This document shows, one piece after another, positions 27,301 to 39,218 of a DNA stretch of 64,000 bases (within the stretch, counting starts at the first letter, position 1; every line of letters starts with the position of its first letter). Under the pieces are notes generated by a model. It had not been told where the DNA came from and did no database searches. It saw only the letters and a list, made by a program, of their open reading frames with translations. A program made the translations under genes and the position numbers. Location: assembly GCF_009914755.1 (NCBI RefSeq), contig NC_060937.1. The stretch is one strand, 5' to 3'. The DNA is from the human T2T-CHM13v2.0 reference genome, Homo sapiens.

Positions 27301-28104
27301 ATTTTAATTTTTCCTATGAGAAATTTTATAATGACAAGCATCGAGATTTGTTATGCTTGTTGAACTCTGAGGCAAATGTTTTTACTCCTCTTGTATAATC
27401 TATATCTTGTCAATCTTTTAGAATAGTGTGTTTTGAGTCTCATAACTAAGAATTAAAATTAATATTTGTCATTTGTTAGCTGCTTAAAACTAGGCAAGTC
27501 GTTTGCATTTGACATGGCTCTCTCACATACTTTTGGAAAAGTTTTGTGAGAATCAGAAATAATAAAATGTAGAATACAAAATTAAAATAATATAAAAATC
27601 TCATAGTCCATCTGACAAAATTGTTCCAAATAAACAGTGGATTAGAGAAAAAGATTCAATACAAATCTGAATTTAACCATGTAGCATGTTGTATAGAGCT
27701 AACTACTAACTAATTCACTTCTGAATTTATAGAAAGCTACAGAATAAAGGAAAGAACAGAGTATGGGGAGGGAGTCAAAGAGAAGAAGAGGTGATTTGAA
27801 TAGCAAAAGAACATGAAGATATTTTATTAACTAGTTCCCAAGAGAGATGGGTTTAGTTACAACCAGAAAGCTGAGCCAATATTACCAGAGTAGGACCTTC
27901 CTTCTTTTAGTGTGAGAGGAAGCTCTGGGTATGAGTGAGAGATTTGAGACATAGTAAGTGTTCCTTTAGGTGTTACTGACATGAGGTCATTTATCCTGGG
28001 TATATAATATATCCTTCTGTCTTCAGGGGATATTGAAGAAGCCTCTTAGCATATATTCAGACTTTTATCAGTGCTAAAATAAGAACATTGTTACTATTAA
28101 TCAA

Positions 28105-28620
28105 TATAATAATAGCTGATATTTATATAGCATTTCTATATATGGCACTATATTTTGCTGTTTACAAAATCTGTAATCCTTGTGATAAAAATGAGATAGG
28201 TATTGTCTTAATCCATCTGTGCTGCTCTACTAGAACATGTAAATCTCAGTATCCTACAAAAGACAGAAATGTATTCTCTACAGTTCTAGAGGCTGGGAAA
28301 TCCAAGACCAAGGCATCTGGAGAGGGCTTTCTCCTGTCTTCACATGACAAAAGGGCAACAGAGAACAAACTACCTTGTGAAACCCCTTTATAAGGACACC
28401 TAATCCCTTTCATGAAGAAGAAACTCTAATGGCCTAATCTCCTCTTAAAGGTCTTACCCCTTAATACTACCAAATTGGCAACACCTAAATTTTTCAGAGG
28501 ACATATTCAAATATAGCCTGCACCCTTTACATTCCTATTGTAGATAAGATAATTGTGACAGAGATGAATTAAATATTCCCTAAAGTCACTTTGTATCAAA
28601 ATATGCAAAGTACCCAAGCC
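28105..28620 (-). mobile_element. MIR split by an MST LTR
   Basis: aataatagctgatatttatatagc...atgagataggtat [LTR] cctattgtagataag...cctaaagtcac...acccaagcc. Confidence 0.6.
28204..28517 (-). mobile_element. MSTC/MSTD-like MaLR LTR
   Basis: tgtcttaatccatctgtgctgc...cagttctagaggctgggaaatccaagaccaaggc...cctcttaaaggtcttaccccttaatac...acatattcaaatatagc. Confidence 0.8.
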
Positions 28621-29999
28621 TTCAAAATCTTTATTACACAGTGAAGAACAGAGGCAGTCATACAGAATATTTTATGTATATCTCTTATTTATAAGTTTTT
28701 TTGTGCACCACCTCGCAACCTCTCTTAAAATATTGCCCTATAACTGTTGTTAAACATATAAAACTGTATACAACATGAACCTTGGCCTGGAATTGATTGC
28801 ACTTTAGTAGATTACATAAGACACATATGTAAGTAGATATAGCAAAATGCAGAAATAAATATTTTGCAACAAGTAATAATAAAGGTAAAATAACATTTAA
28901 CATTCCAAATTGCATAGTGGCCTACTATCCTCCTTTTAAATTTTGCATGTGATTTTATTCAAGTATTAATATTGAATGTACATTAAAAATCAAGCAAAGC
29001 ATGGGAATTTGTGAACATATGGAGAATTTGTCAACAGTGACAAGATTGATGATAAGAATAATTCATGAACTGCTCTGAAGTTTAACTCTTGCTCTGAATC
29101 TATTTTGTAAGGCATTACTATTAACATAAATAAAATCTAAAGACAGCATTCCATAATTAAACACTCAGTGGATTAAAAAATGAGGAAGTTGATACCATTT
29201 GCATTTGTCTTCAGGAACACCTGCATTTATTTCTAGGATCTTTTAGTAAAGAAGGAATGCAGCTGCTAATGTTGTGACTAATAAAAACCACGAAATTAAA
29301 GTCTCATTATATTTTTCCTACATTATATATTTCCACTACTCTAAACAGAAAAGAGACTTGCCTAGGGTTCAGGATTAAGATCATATATCATTTTGAATAG
29401 TAATTAACTTTTAGGAAAAATATAAGTTTGGCCATTTTTACCTGACAATGCCTTTAATGTTGGAATGTAAGCAGGACTGCTTAATGATGAGCAATACGGA
29501 TTCTATACTTATAACACAGGTAAATTCAACAATTCTCTGTAGGATGGAAAATTTAAGCATGCGCTCATGCACGAAGGCATAGAAATTATTAACTGGTTGG
29601 TTTTTGCACATCATATTAGGAAATTAAGGGGAAGAAAACTTTATGTGTACTTTCATATGCTCACCAAATTTTGAATTATTTATAAAATTATTTGTTGATT
29701 TTAAAATTTAAGGAAGAAACATATATTTGGTTTATTATGCCTCCAAATTTAAAAGTTTAAGCATATGAAAAATTAAAGTAAAAATATTTTTAAAATGTAC
29801 ATTTTTCTCATTATGTGACAATTTAAAAGACAAGTTAGTTAACAACAAACAAGTTGATACTGAGGGAAGGGGAAGATATCTGCTATTATTATTTTAGTCG
29901 ACATTGAGCCGGAAGTAATAGAAAGTCTAGTCGGCTGGAAAAAATAAATGACATTTATAGTGAAAAAGAAATTATCTTCTTCCCAATCATCAGTAGAAT

Positions 30000-31250
30000 C
30001 TTTTTTCCTATGTCCTTCTTTTCCACTCCTAACTTACACGCTGTTCCTGTTTTCTTACTTTTACTCAAAAACTAAACTTAACTATGTATTTTCCATTAAT
30101 TTTTATTTAGAATTTCCCACATATTTATAAACTCAGATATTTCATTTGGTTTTATTTTCATTTTTCTTTAAGAATACCTTTTAAAATTTCCATTAATGTG
30201 AATTGTACAGCTTTTCTTCATTCTACTTCTTACAATTCGAAAACGTGTTTGTATTGCTACTAATCCTGAAATATTATTTGCTCATTTATATTTCCAGGCT
30301 GAAAGTTATTTTTACTCAGCACATGGAAGACAGCATTTGATTGACTTTTGACATGCACTTTTTATTTATAAGGAAATTATAAGCCTAAAAACTATTTGTA
30401 TGTAATTCATCTTCTGTCTCTGTTCTTTTAAGTCTTTTTATATTGTCTACATATCCTCATAACTTACTGAGTTCTGAAAATTCTAATTGGTTCATTTTGA
30501 AAACTGATTGTTATTTCAAAAACTGTGTGCATTCTTTTTTTTATTTTTAGGCATATTGTTATTTAAGCATATAAAATGTAATTAATTTCTGTCCATTATC
30601 TCATTAGCCCAGTATCTTCTAATTTTGCCTGATGATTTTTGCTCCTATTTTTGTTCTTGTTGTTGTTGTTTTGTTTTGTTTTTCTCTTGCTTTTGCTCAT
30701 GGTGCTTTGCATTCTTACCTGGTTTTTAATTTTTGACTGTGAATTATTAAAGTTTTGAGATATTTGAACTAGGTAGAATTTCAGTTCTCCGGTCAGAATT
30801 TGCCTTTTTTCTCTGTCATTTCCCAAGGTTTTACCAAGAGGACATCACTTTAAATTCTCCACTTATTTGATTTTATCTTTCAAATACATAGAGAAAATCC
30901 AACTATAAACTCTGTGAAGAAAATCAACTTGTTATTACAATTTATCAAGGACCTTCTTTCCCCTACCCACTTACCACCAAATCTAAGAAAATAAGAAAAT
31001 TGTTTTATTTATTTTTCTCCTTTATACCGCTTTACTTTTGGTGTGCTAGTTCTGTATTGGAGTCTTTTCTTAAACTTCTAACTTATTTGTTAATTACCTC
31101 TCATCATGTGTTTTTCAAAACTAAGCTCAGGCTCACCCATTGTGGACATGTACCTTTCAGATAAAATGCAGTTTTAGTACTAGTCTATATCTCAATAATC
31201 TCATTTACTATTTTGTCTCTGCACAGTTTTTACTCTTTTGCAGTCATGCA
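30000..31250 (-). mobile_element. Decayed ancient L1 (ORF1/5' region)
   Basis: T-rich; ccaggctgaaagttatttttactcagcacatggaagacagc resembles antisense old L1 ORF1; boundaries approximate. Confidence 0.45.
30572..30760 (+). repeat. Local duplication A, copy 1 (~190 bp)
   Basis: Aligns by eye to 32002-32197 (cattatctcattag...gctcctatttttgttcttg...gctcatggtgctttgcattcttacctg...tttttgactgtgaattattaaa). Confidence 0.95.
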
Positions 31251-32001
31251 TTTAAAATATTCACAGATATGTATATATGCACATATATATATATTGCAGT
31301 ATTTTATAGACTTTAATTAGGCTAAGTAATCATGGTATCTATGATTATACATTTTAAATAATATAAAATTAGTATTTTAATGAATTCCTCAGATATTGTT
31401 TAAACTCCTTATTTGTATACCTTATTATAATTTATATTTTCATCTTAATTATGTGAATAACAAGTGCAAAGACAAATACATACAAGCACAGGGAAATACA
31501 AACATTTCTACTATATTTGATAAAAGTGGGTTCTTGAAAATAACATTTGTATTCATAAATAAATTAACTACATTGAATCATGTCTTCTCTTGGTATCAAT
31601 TTTTTGGCAAACAAATAGTAAGATGAAAACATCTCTGTAATATATCAAACTTAGAGCAATAAAATAATAAAGATGTTAAAATGAATTGTTGAAAATGACT
31701 CCAAAAAAGCAAGAAAGGGCAGTGATTTGATAATCTGCTGGCATTACTTCTAATCAGACACTATCAATCAGTGTTAACAAAACACAAGACTTTGAAAATA
31801 ACAGTTTTTCATAGGAAAAAAAAGAATTCATAATTACTTTTCATCCTTTTTTTGTCTTTGAAATTTCAAAGCATATCCTCTAATGTCAAAATATGTTTTA
31901 AATAATAATAAAGATATAACTACTACTTATGAATATACCATTTCAAATTTTAATCATGCCAGTCTCTCCAACAAATTTTTAATGAATATCTTCCTCTTAT
32001 T

Positions 32002-32197
32002 TAAAATATAATTATTTTCTGTTCATTATCTCATTAGTTCAATATCTTCTGATTCTGCCTGGTGTTTCTTGCTCCTATTTTTGTTCTTGTTTTTTTGTTG
32101 TTGTTGTTTTGTTTTGTTTTTCTCTGGCTCTTGCTCATGGTGCTTTGCATTCTTACCTGTTTTTAAATTTTTGACTGTGAATTATTAAAATTTGAGA
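32002..32197 (+). repeat. Local duplication A, copy 2
   Basis: Direct-orientation copy of 30572-30760, roughly 90% identical by hand alignment. Confidence 0.95.
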
Positions 32198-33196
32198 GAA
32201 ATTAAGTAAGATACTGCGGTGTCTTACCATTAAAAAAGGTAAAATTTTGAAGTATTGATAAAAACATTGTACTACATTAATATAATAACGTATTATTTTT
32301 GATCTATTCTTAAAATAATGTGCTTGTCACTTAATTTATACCTACATCAACAGTAATAGGAGTTTTGAGAAAAGAAAACTGAAAAATCACTCTTTATGCA
32401 AGCATAAGGAAAATAACTATTTCATATATGGTAGATATCTTCATTTTTTATTCATTACATTTAAAATTGAGAATGTAGTTTAATAGACATACTAAGTGTT
32501 CTTAAATACAGGCACTGAAAGTAACACCGATTTATCAAAGAGACTGCAATTCTTGAGGGGAAATGGTTTAAAATTTGTACGGGTTTATACTAAATATGGT
32601 CTAGTATACATTTACTTTTGAGAAAATATAGTTGACATTTTTAAAGAAAACTTAAGATGAACCAGTTGTTTTAAGAAAATTAACTCAGTAATTACAAGAA
32701 AATGAAATGACGTTTTGATACTTTTAACAGAGTTCCAGTCAAAAAGATAAACTATTCTATATTAAACTAACAATAATAGAGTTTAAAAAGGTATGAAAAT
32801 TCTCTAGGTAGATGATTGATTTCAAATAGTAGATGCCTGAGATAGTCAAAGTGATAATAAAGTATAAGAGCTGATTATCTTATGGCATTGCCTATATTTA
32901 CATAGAACTAAGCTAAAAGTAAAGTTAAATAATTACTCCAGTAGTTTAAATAGTGAATTATTTTAATCTAAAATCACATAAAATATTGTAGTGTTAAATT
33001 ACCTTTCAGCTTTATTGAAATTGATTTGTTATTTAAGAGATAACCACCCATGACTATTTTAAACAAAATTCATGTAGATAATGTCAGTGAAGCTGATGAG
33101 GCAAGGAAAAAAATAAAAACGGAAAAAAATGTCAGAGTTTAAATTTCTGGAAAGAAACTTAGCTGTATATTAGTTTTATCTCGATCTTTTTTTATG

Positions 33197-34131
33197 TGAT
33201 ATGTTTTGGGTGTCTGTTCCCTGCAAATCTCAAGTTGAAATGTAATCCCCAGTGTTGGATGTGGGACCTGGTGGGAGGTGTTTGGCTCCTGGGGGTGGAT
33301 CCCTCATAAATGCCTTGGTGCCCTCCTTACGATAATGAGTGAGTTCTTGCGCTGGGTGCACACAGGATCTGGTTGTTTAAAGAAGTGTGGCGCCTCCTGT
33401 TCATATCCTTCGCCTACTCTACTATAAAGACACATGCACACATATGTTCATTGCAGCACTGTTCACAAATCAAACACTTGGAAACAACGCAAATGCCCTT
33501 CAATGATAGACTGGATAAAGAAAATGTGGCACATATACACCATAGAATACTATGCAGTCATAAAAAGGGATGAGTTTATGTCCTTTGCAGGGACATGGAT
33601 GAAGGTGGAAACCATCATTCTCAGCAAACTAACACAAGAACAGAAAACCAAACACTGCATGTTCTCACTCATAAGTGGGAGTTGAACAATGAGAACACAT
33701 GGACACACGGAGGGGAACATCACACACCAGGGCCTGTGGAGGTGTTGGGAGGGCGGGTTGGGGGAGGGAAAGCATTAGGAGAAATACCTAATGTAGATGA
33801 CGGGTTGATGGGTGCAGCAAACCACCATGGCATGTGTATACATATGTAACAAAACTGCACGTTCTGCACATGTGTCCCAGAACTTAAAGTATAATAATTT
33901 TTTTAAGTGTGACACCTCCTGACTCTCTTGCTCCTGCTCTTGCCAAGTGGCATGCAACTCCCCGTCACCTCCTGCCATGATTGTAAGCTTCCAGAGGTCT
34001 AACCAGAAGCAGGTGCCAGCACCATACTTTTTGTAAAGCCTGCAGAAATGTGAATAAATTAAAATTGTTTTCTTTATAAATTACCCAGCCCCAGGTATTT
34101 CATTATAACAACACAAGAATGGCCTAATACA
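33197..34131 (+). mobile_element. MSTB-like MaLR solo LTR, split by an L1PA
   Basis: tgatatgttttgggtgtctgttccctgcaaatctcaagttgaaatgtaatcccc...[L1]...ccatgattgtaagcttcc...ggcctaataca. Confidence 0.9.
33400..33904 (+). mobile_element. L1PA7/8-like 3' end (ORF2 C-terminus plus 3' UTR) with a ~20 nt inverted 5' segment
   Basis: ctactataaagacacatgcaca...gcattaggagaaatacctaatgtagatgacgggttgatgggtgcagc...cttaaagtataataa; translation contains IDWIKKMWHIYTIEYYA; TSD aagtgtggcgcctcctg / aagtgtgacacctcctg. Confidence 0.93.
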
Positions 34132-35469
34132 GAATGCTGTTATTTGCATGCATTTTGATTAATTTGTTGTTAACAAAATAAATAAAATAATTGGATACAT
34201 GTTAACTCTTTAACATTCATAGACTTATGAAATGGAGCTTTTTCTAAGAAGTATTAGTGGTTTTATTCTAAAAAAAAATGACATGCTGCCATAAAACATA
34301 GCTCAACTGAATTAATTACTTAATTTTGAGCTCCCTTTAACAAATGAAACCAAAATAGTAAAATCCTTGGGTTACAGGTATTTTAAACTAGAACTTTGTT
34401 TGCATCTGCTTGATTTCCACTTCAAGGCCTTCTTGACAGATTTTGCATTAATAGACTAACCTAATAATAACCCCAAACCAATGTGCCTTTGAAATTAATC
34501 ACAGGAGGACCGAATTCCAATGACTAAAACTGGCACAGAATAACCACTCTTGTACACTGGTTTTAAAATGAAACAGGAGGTTTAATTTTGAACTTTGCAT
34601 GGCATGAGAAAGCTTTCCTCTTTTAAAATCACTTTTTGATGTAAACTTCCATTGAATTAGTATTTTTGATAAGTTCCCTTTACATTCACTTTGCTTATCT
34701 GCACATATGTGTATTCTGTTTATCTAGGAGGATAATTTCAGAACCAATCACATTGTGGTTCAGCACCAGTTTTCTTAATAAAAACTTAATATATCACATT
34801 ACATTCCCAGCACACTCTAATTAAATTCCTTTTCATTTCAGTCTGTCTCAGAGGGTTAGAGAAGCTCAAGAATATTTAACAAAATTCAACAAAGCAACTA
34901 CCTGAAGTTGATACATTAACCTTGGCACTGAAAGCTACTTTATTCAAACCACGTATGCCAGAAACATCATTATACAATGACCTAAAAACGACAGTATTTC
35001 ACTCTAACTGGAGAGCCTGTAAATGAATAACGATCATTTCTGACTCATTATATGTATAATGTATTTTGCCCTGGGAAGTTTTAAAGGAAAAACAAACATC
35101 AGCAACAGTAAAATCTGTCATACCTGGATGTGAAACCTGAAACATCAGAATGTTTTCTTGATCCTAAAGAGAATAGATAGAACTTAATGGTTTTTAATGT
35201 GATCATTTCCAGTAACAAATGCATATATATATATATAGATAGATAGATGAGATATATACATATATCTCCTATTTTTCCTCTCGGATTCTAGAATGGAAGC
35301 GTAATTTTAGAGAAGATAATCTTTCCTATGAAATATTCACTTGAGACTGATTATAATTTTCCAATAAAAATAACTCATTGCCATGGGCAGTGAGGCTAAA
35401 GGAGAGGTCTCCCTCTTTAATTGATTCTAGAGGGTCATGGAGTCCTCCTCTATAACAATCACACCTATA

Positions 35470-35794
35470 CAGGCCTATATACCCACTATGGTTGATCCAA
35501 ACATCTTGTGGTGACATATATTTCACATTTGCAATTTTTCACATTTCAGTAACGTAGTATCATACTTATATGTAGTATATTGTGTAGCAGTCCTTGACCA
35601 AACATACTCGGTTTTTACAGTGAGACAAAAATATCTATATAAGATTAGGTAAACAATGACCATACATAAAGTTATGTCAGTTCTATCCAATAGTTTTATG
35701 TAGGGTCAGGTTTTGCTGTCAACTGAGTTGCAAATTCTTTCAATCTCCAGAGCTTTTTGATTTTGTAGTATTTGATTAGGAACTATGAAACATG
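35470..35794 (+). mobile_element. Probable old TcMar-Tigger-type non-autonomous DNA transposon
   Basis: ta|cagg start; gggtcaggttttgctgtcaactgagtt...cagagctttttgattttg...gattaggaactatgaaacatg resembles recalled Tigger-type MITE ends. Confidence 0.5.
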
Positions 35795-37135
35795 GCCACT
35801 TTTTGAAAACCACTTATACTTTCTATTCAGGTGACAGTCTGCCCACCTTCATTACCCTGACCATTTTATGTACTCCGTTAATGTGAAGCACATTTAATTT
35901 GTATCATGAAAAATTAAAGCACTAAAAGAGGTGTTTCAACATCCCACAAGGCTGAATGAGTCAGACACTAAGTGCACAGTGCACAGGTTTGCATGCATTA
36001 GTTAGAATCCTTTTTTATTCATTTGTTTTTAATCACCTAGTCAGTTCATTTGGTTTGTCTGCTGAAGCCCCTGAAAATTTCCAGTTATGTTTTTGTTCTG
36101 ACAGTGACTGAAGCAGCTATCCTACATACATCTTTGTATGGAAATGAACTGTTTCCCCTTTTCCTCTCCCCACCACCAACTTTCAAGTGTTGCTTTCCTT
36201 TAACTTCAAAGTTGTCTGCATAACAGCTGATCCTCATCATCTCTCCTTGCTCTGCCATAGGCTGTGACAATTATTTTGCTGGCTGGCTTAACCCTAGACT
36301 GCTTTAACATGATTCTATTTGGCCATGGAATTCTTAAAAAAAGAAGAGCAGAAGGGGATAAAAGAATAAACATTCTCAAATTTTTTAGCATTCATGGATC
36401 AGAATGTTAGTCTATCAGCTGTATCAATGGTTTTGAACAGTAGAATGGCAAAAGGCACCTCTGCTTTACAGGAGATAAAACGGCAGGTGTTTGAATGAGT
36501 TAAGCACTTCTTAGCGTGGTAACAAAAATAATGGTCTGGACACTGTTGACATACTTGATGCACAGCAAGTAGAATACATGATCCAAATTCTAGTGATAGG
36601 AATACAAAGAACACTTAGATCAAGAAAGAAGTGAGAAAAGGTGAAAATCTCAGTTATGGTCCCAGTTCTATTTGGGGTGAAGAAATACAGATATACATTG
36701 GGGAGCATCTGCCCAAAATCAATGGTTAAAGCAATGAAGCAGCAAAATCGTTCAATATAGAGTTCTCTAAAGGCATAGGAGAAAGCTGATAAAAGATGTG
36801 GCTAATAAGACACATTTGAACAAAGAGTATAGATTTCCCAAGACAGCAACTCAAACTGAAAACATATACAGTTAAGTGCTTTGAGAGAAAAGTGATTATT
36901 TTTCTTTTAATGAAGCCTATTTCCCATTAATATTTTCCTTATTATTTATTTGATTATACAGATACTTTATACATGTATAAGTGTTTTGTGTCTTCTGTAA
37001 AGTACATACCATTATACCAGTCTGAAATTTTTAAAGTATAAGTAGAAAAGCTTGACTTATAAGCAGATGTAGTTAATATGGATAGTTGTGAAATCTACAA
37101 GAATTACAGATTCTATACTCCTATATAATCTATAT

Positions 37136-37648
37136 TGCCAAGACAAGCTAGGTCGGAGATACCCTAACCCAGTGGCGCTAGAGGAATTAAAGACATACAC
37201 ACAGAAATATAGAGGTGTGAAGTGGGAAATCAGGGGTCTCACAGCCTTCAGAGCTGAGAGCCCCAAACAGAGATTTACCCATATATTTATTAACAGCAAA
37301 CTAGTCATTAGCATTGTTTCTATAGATATTAAATTAACTAAAAGTATCCCTTTTGGGAAACGAAGGGATGGGCTGAATTAAAGGAATAGGTTGGGCTAGT
37401 TACCTGCAGCAGGAACATGTCCTTAAGGCGTAAATCACTCATGCTATTGTTTGTGGCTTAAGAATGCCTTTAAGTGGTTTTCTGCCCCGGGCAGGCCAGG
37501 TGTTCCTTGCCCCCATTCCCGTAAACCCACAACCTTCCAGCTTGAGCATTAGAGCCATTATGAACATGTTACAGTGCTGCAGCAATTTTGTTTATGGCCA
37601 GTCTTGGAGCCAGTTTATGGCCAGATTTTGGGGGGCTTGCTTCCAACA
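37136..37648 (-). mobile_element. MER9 (HERV-K HML-3) solo LTR
   Basis: Reverse complement starts tgttggaagcaagccccccaaaatctggccataaactggc; 513 bp; perfect 6-bp TSD ctatat (37130-37135, 37649-37654), typical of ERVK. Confidence 0.93.
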
Positions 37649-37690
37649 CTATATAGAATTAATATATTCTATATTCCTATAGAGTCTATT

Positions 37691-37727
37691 CCTCTGGTGT
37701 CCATATTTACAGTGACTAAAATTTATT
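37691..37727 (+). repeat. Local duplication B, copy 1 (~37 bp)
   Basis: cctctggtgtccatatttacagtgactaaaatttatt; second copy at 39182-39218. Confidence 0.8.
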
Positions 37728-38429
37728 GAAGAGAAATCAGTATTACACTCTGATGGACTGGCTGAATGTCACAAGAGAAATGCTAAGTCAGCAGACTATG
37801 GTCATCTTTGCTTAAGAAATAGAGCCTTTGGCTGACACGGCACAAATAATTAGGTGGTCATGAGACATAATTAGATAAATAATCAACAATACCACTACTG
37901 AGAATAATTTGATGGATATATTGATGGGACAGATGTTGGAGAAAGATGAGAGAGATTGGAGATAAGGAAGATGTAAAGTAATAAATCACTTTTTAATATA
38001 AAACACATATTTATATACTGTGTCACCATAAAAATGTTAGGCTACAACTGAGTATTCACTTCCATGAGAGGCATAAAGACACTAGTAGGGATAAGGTGAG
38101 TATTTCTTCTTATGTTGTCTCTGGCTTACTACAAAGGAAGAAAGCTAATGACATTAAGTATGTTCTTAATACTACTTTTCCAGAATTTTATTTTAATGAC
38201 AATAATTCTGTTCCTTGTAGTGACATGAAACTTATTTAATTTATATTCAGTTATAACCCAGGGTTCACATAAGAGAATTTAAAATGTCTTTACTTTGAAA
38301 TTAAGTCTGGGCTATTTAAAAAATACATATTTCTTCATTAAGCAATTGGATGAAATGTTTTGCACTTTTTTACCTAACAGCCCAAGTGTTATCATAGTCT
38401 TATAATTAGCGCCCATCTTTCCTCTAATC

Positions 38430-38890
38430 CAGTGGTTCTTAATATGTGATCTGAGGATCTCTGGAGGTACCTGTATTCTCTGTTTCCATGAAGTATCTGT
38501 GTAGAGTCCAAATTTTCCTGGTACACTTCACCCAAAACATTGTATAGCAACACATTTAATGCAGAGGAAATAAGAGCATGTAATGATCTTATATTAAGCT
38601 GTTTATTCTAGAGAGTTCAAAAATGTAAAACAATGTCACTCACCTCAGTACATTTTCTTTTGTTTGAAAAATATGTTGTATTTTATCAAAATATGCTAAT
38701 TAACATGTAGTTAATTTTTGTTATTTTTAAATTAGTAAATAAATAATTATTTCAATTTTCTCTCCATTTTAATTTCCAATTTGTAAATCTAAAGAAATAT
38801 AATTCACATAAACAAAGCCACTGCTAGGTCTTCAATAATTTTTAAGAGTATAAATGGTCCTGGAATGAACTCATTTGAGGACTGCTATTG
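38430..38890 (+). mobile_element. Charlie1 (1a/1b-like) hAT DNA transposon, internally deleted
   Basis: cagtggttctt start; aaaatgtaaaacaatgtcactc...ggtcttcaataatttttaagagtataaatggtcctg...tttgaggactg end; 8-bp TSD ctctaatc/ctgtaatc. Confidence 0.8.
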
Positions 38891-39181
38891 CTGTAATCCA
38901 AGCTGGACATCATCAACAGAGTGGTGTAACCTCATCATGCTGATAAGTCTCCTGTGGCCCACTACGTATTTCAAGAGTGTCTTTCAATATGCTTACCTGG
39001 GTATCTACTGGTAAATCCAAACCCTATTTTCTTTGCCTATGCAATCCAAAATTATAAGACAATCTTTAATTTTTAAATTTAAATTCAAAACATCTTCAAT
39101 TTTTAAAAGCTATTAGTACCAACACCACTTCACTGTCCCTAGTTTACTGAATCCCTGGCAGATTTTTCTTTGTTCACATCA

Positions 39182-39218
39182 CCTGTGGTGCCCATATTTA
39201 CAGTGACTATAATTTTTT
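39182..39218 (+). repeat. Local duplication B, copy 2
   Basis: cctgtggtgcccatatttacagtgactataatttttt; 18-nt perfect core ccatatttacagtgacta shared with copy 1. Confidence 0.8.

Noticed and set aside
33434-33685. ORF with real protein similarity (DWIKKMWHIYT...)
   Set aside because: It is the C-terminal tail of L1 ORF2p in a truncated L1PA copy, not a host gene.
38040-38101. Consensus splice donor AAG|GTGAGT (and ACAAG|GTAAGG near 48165)
   Set aside because: No good upstream acceptor; such motifs are expected by chance in 64 kb.
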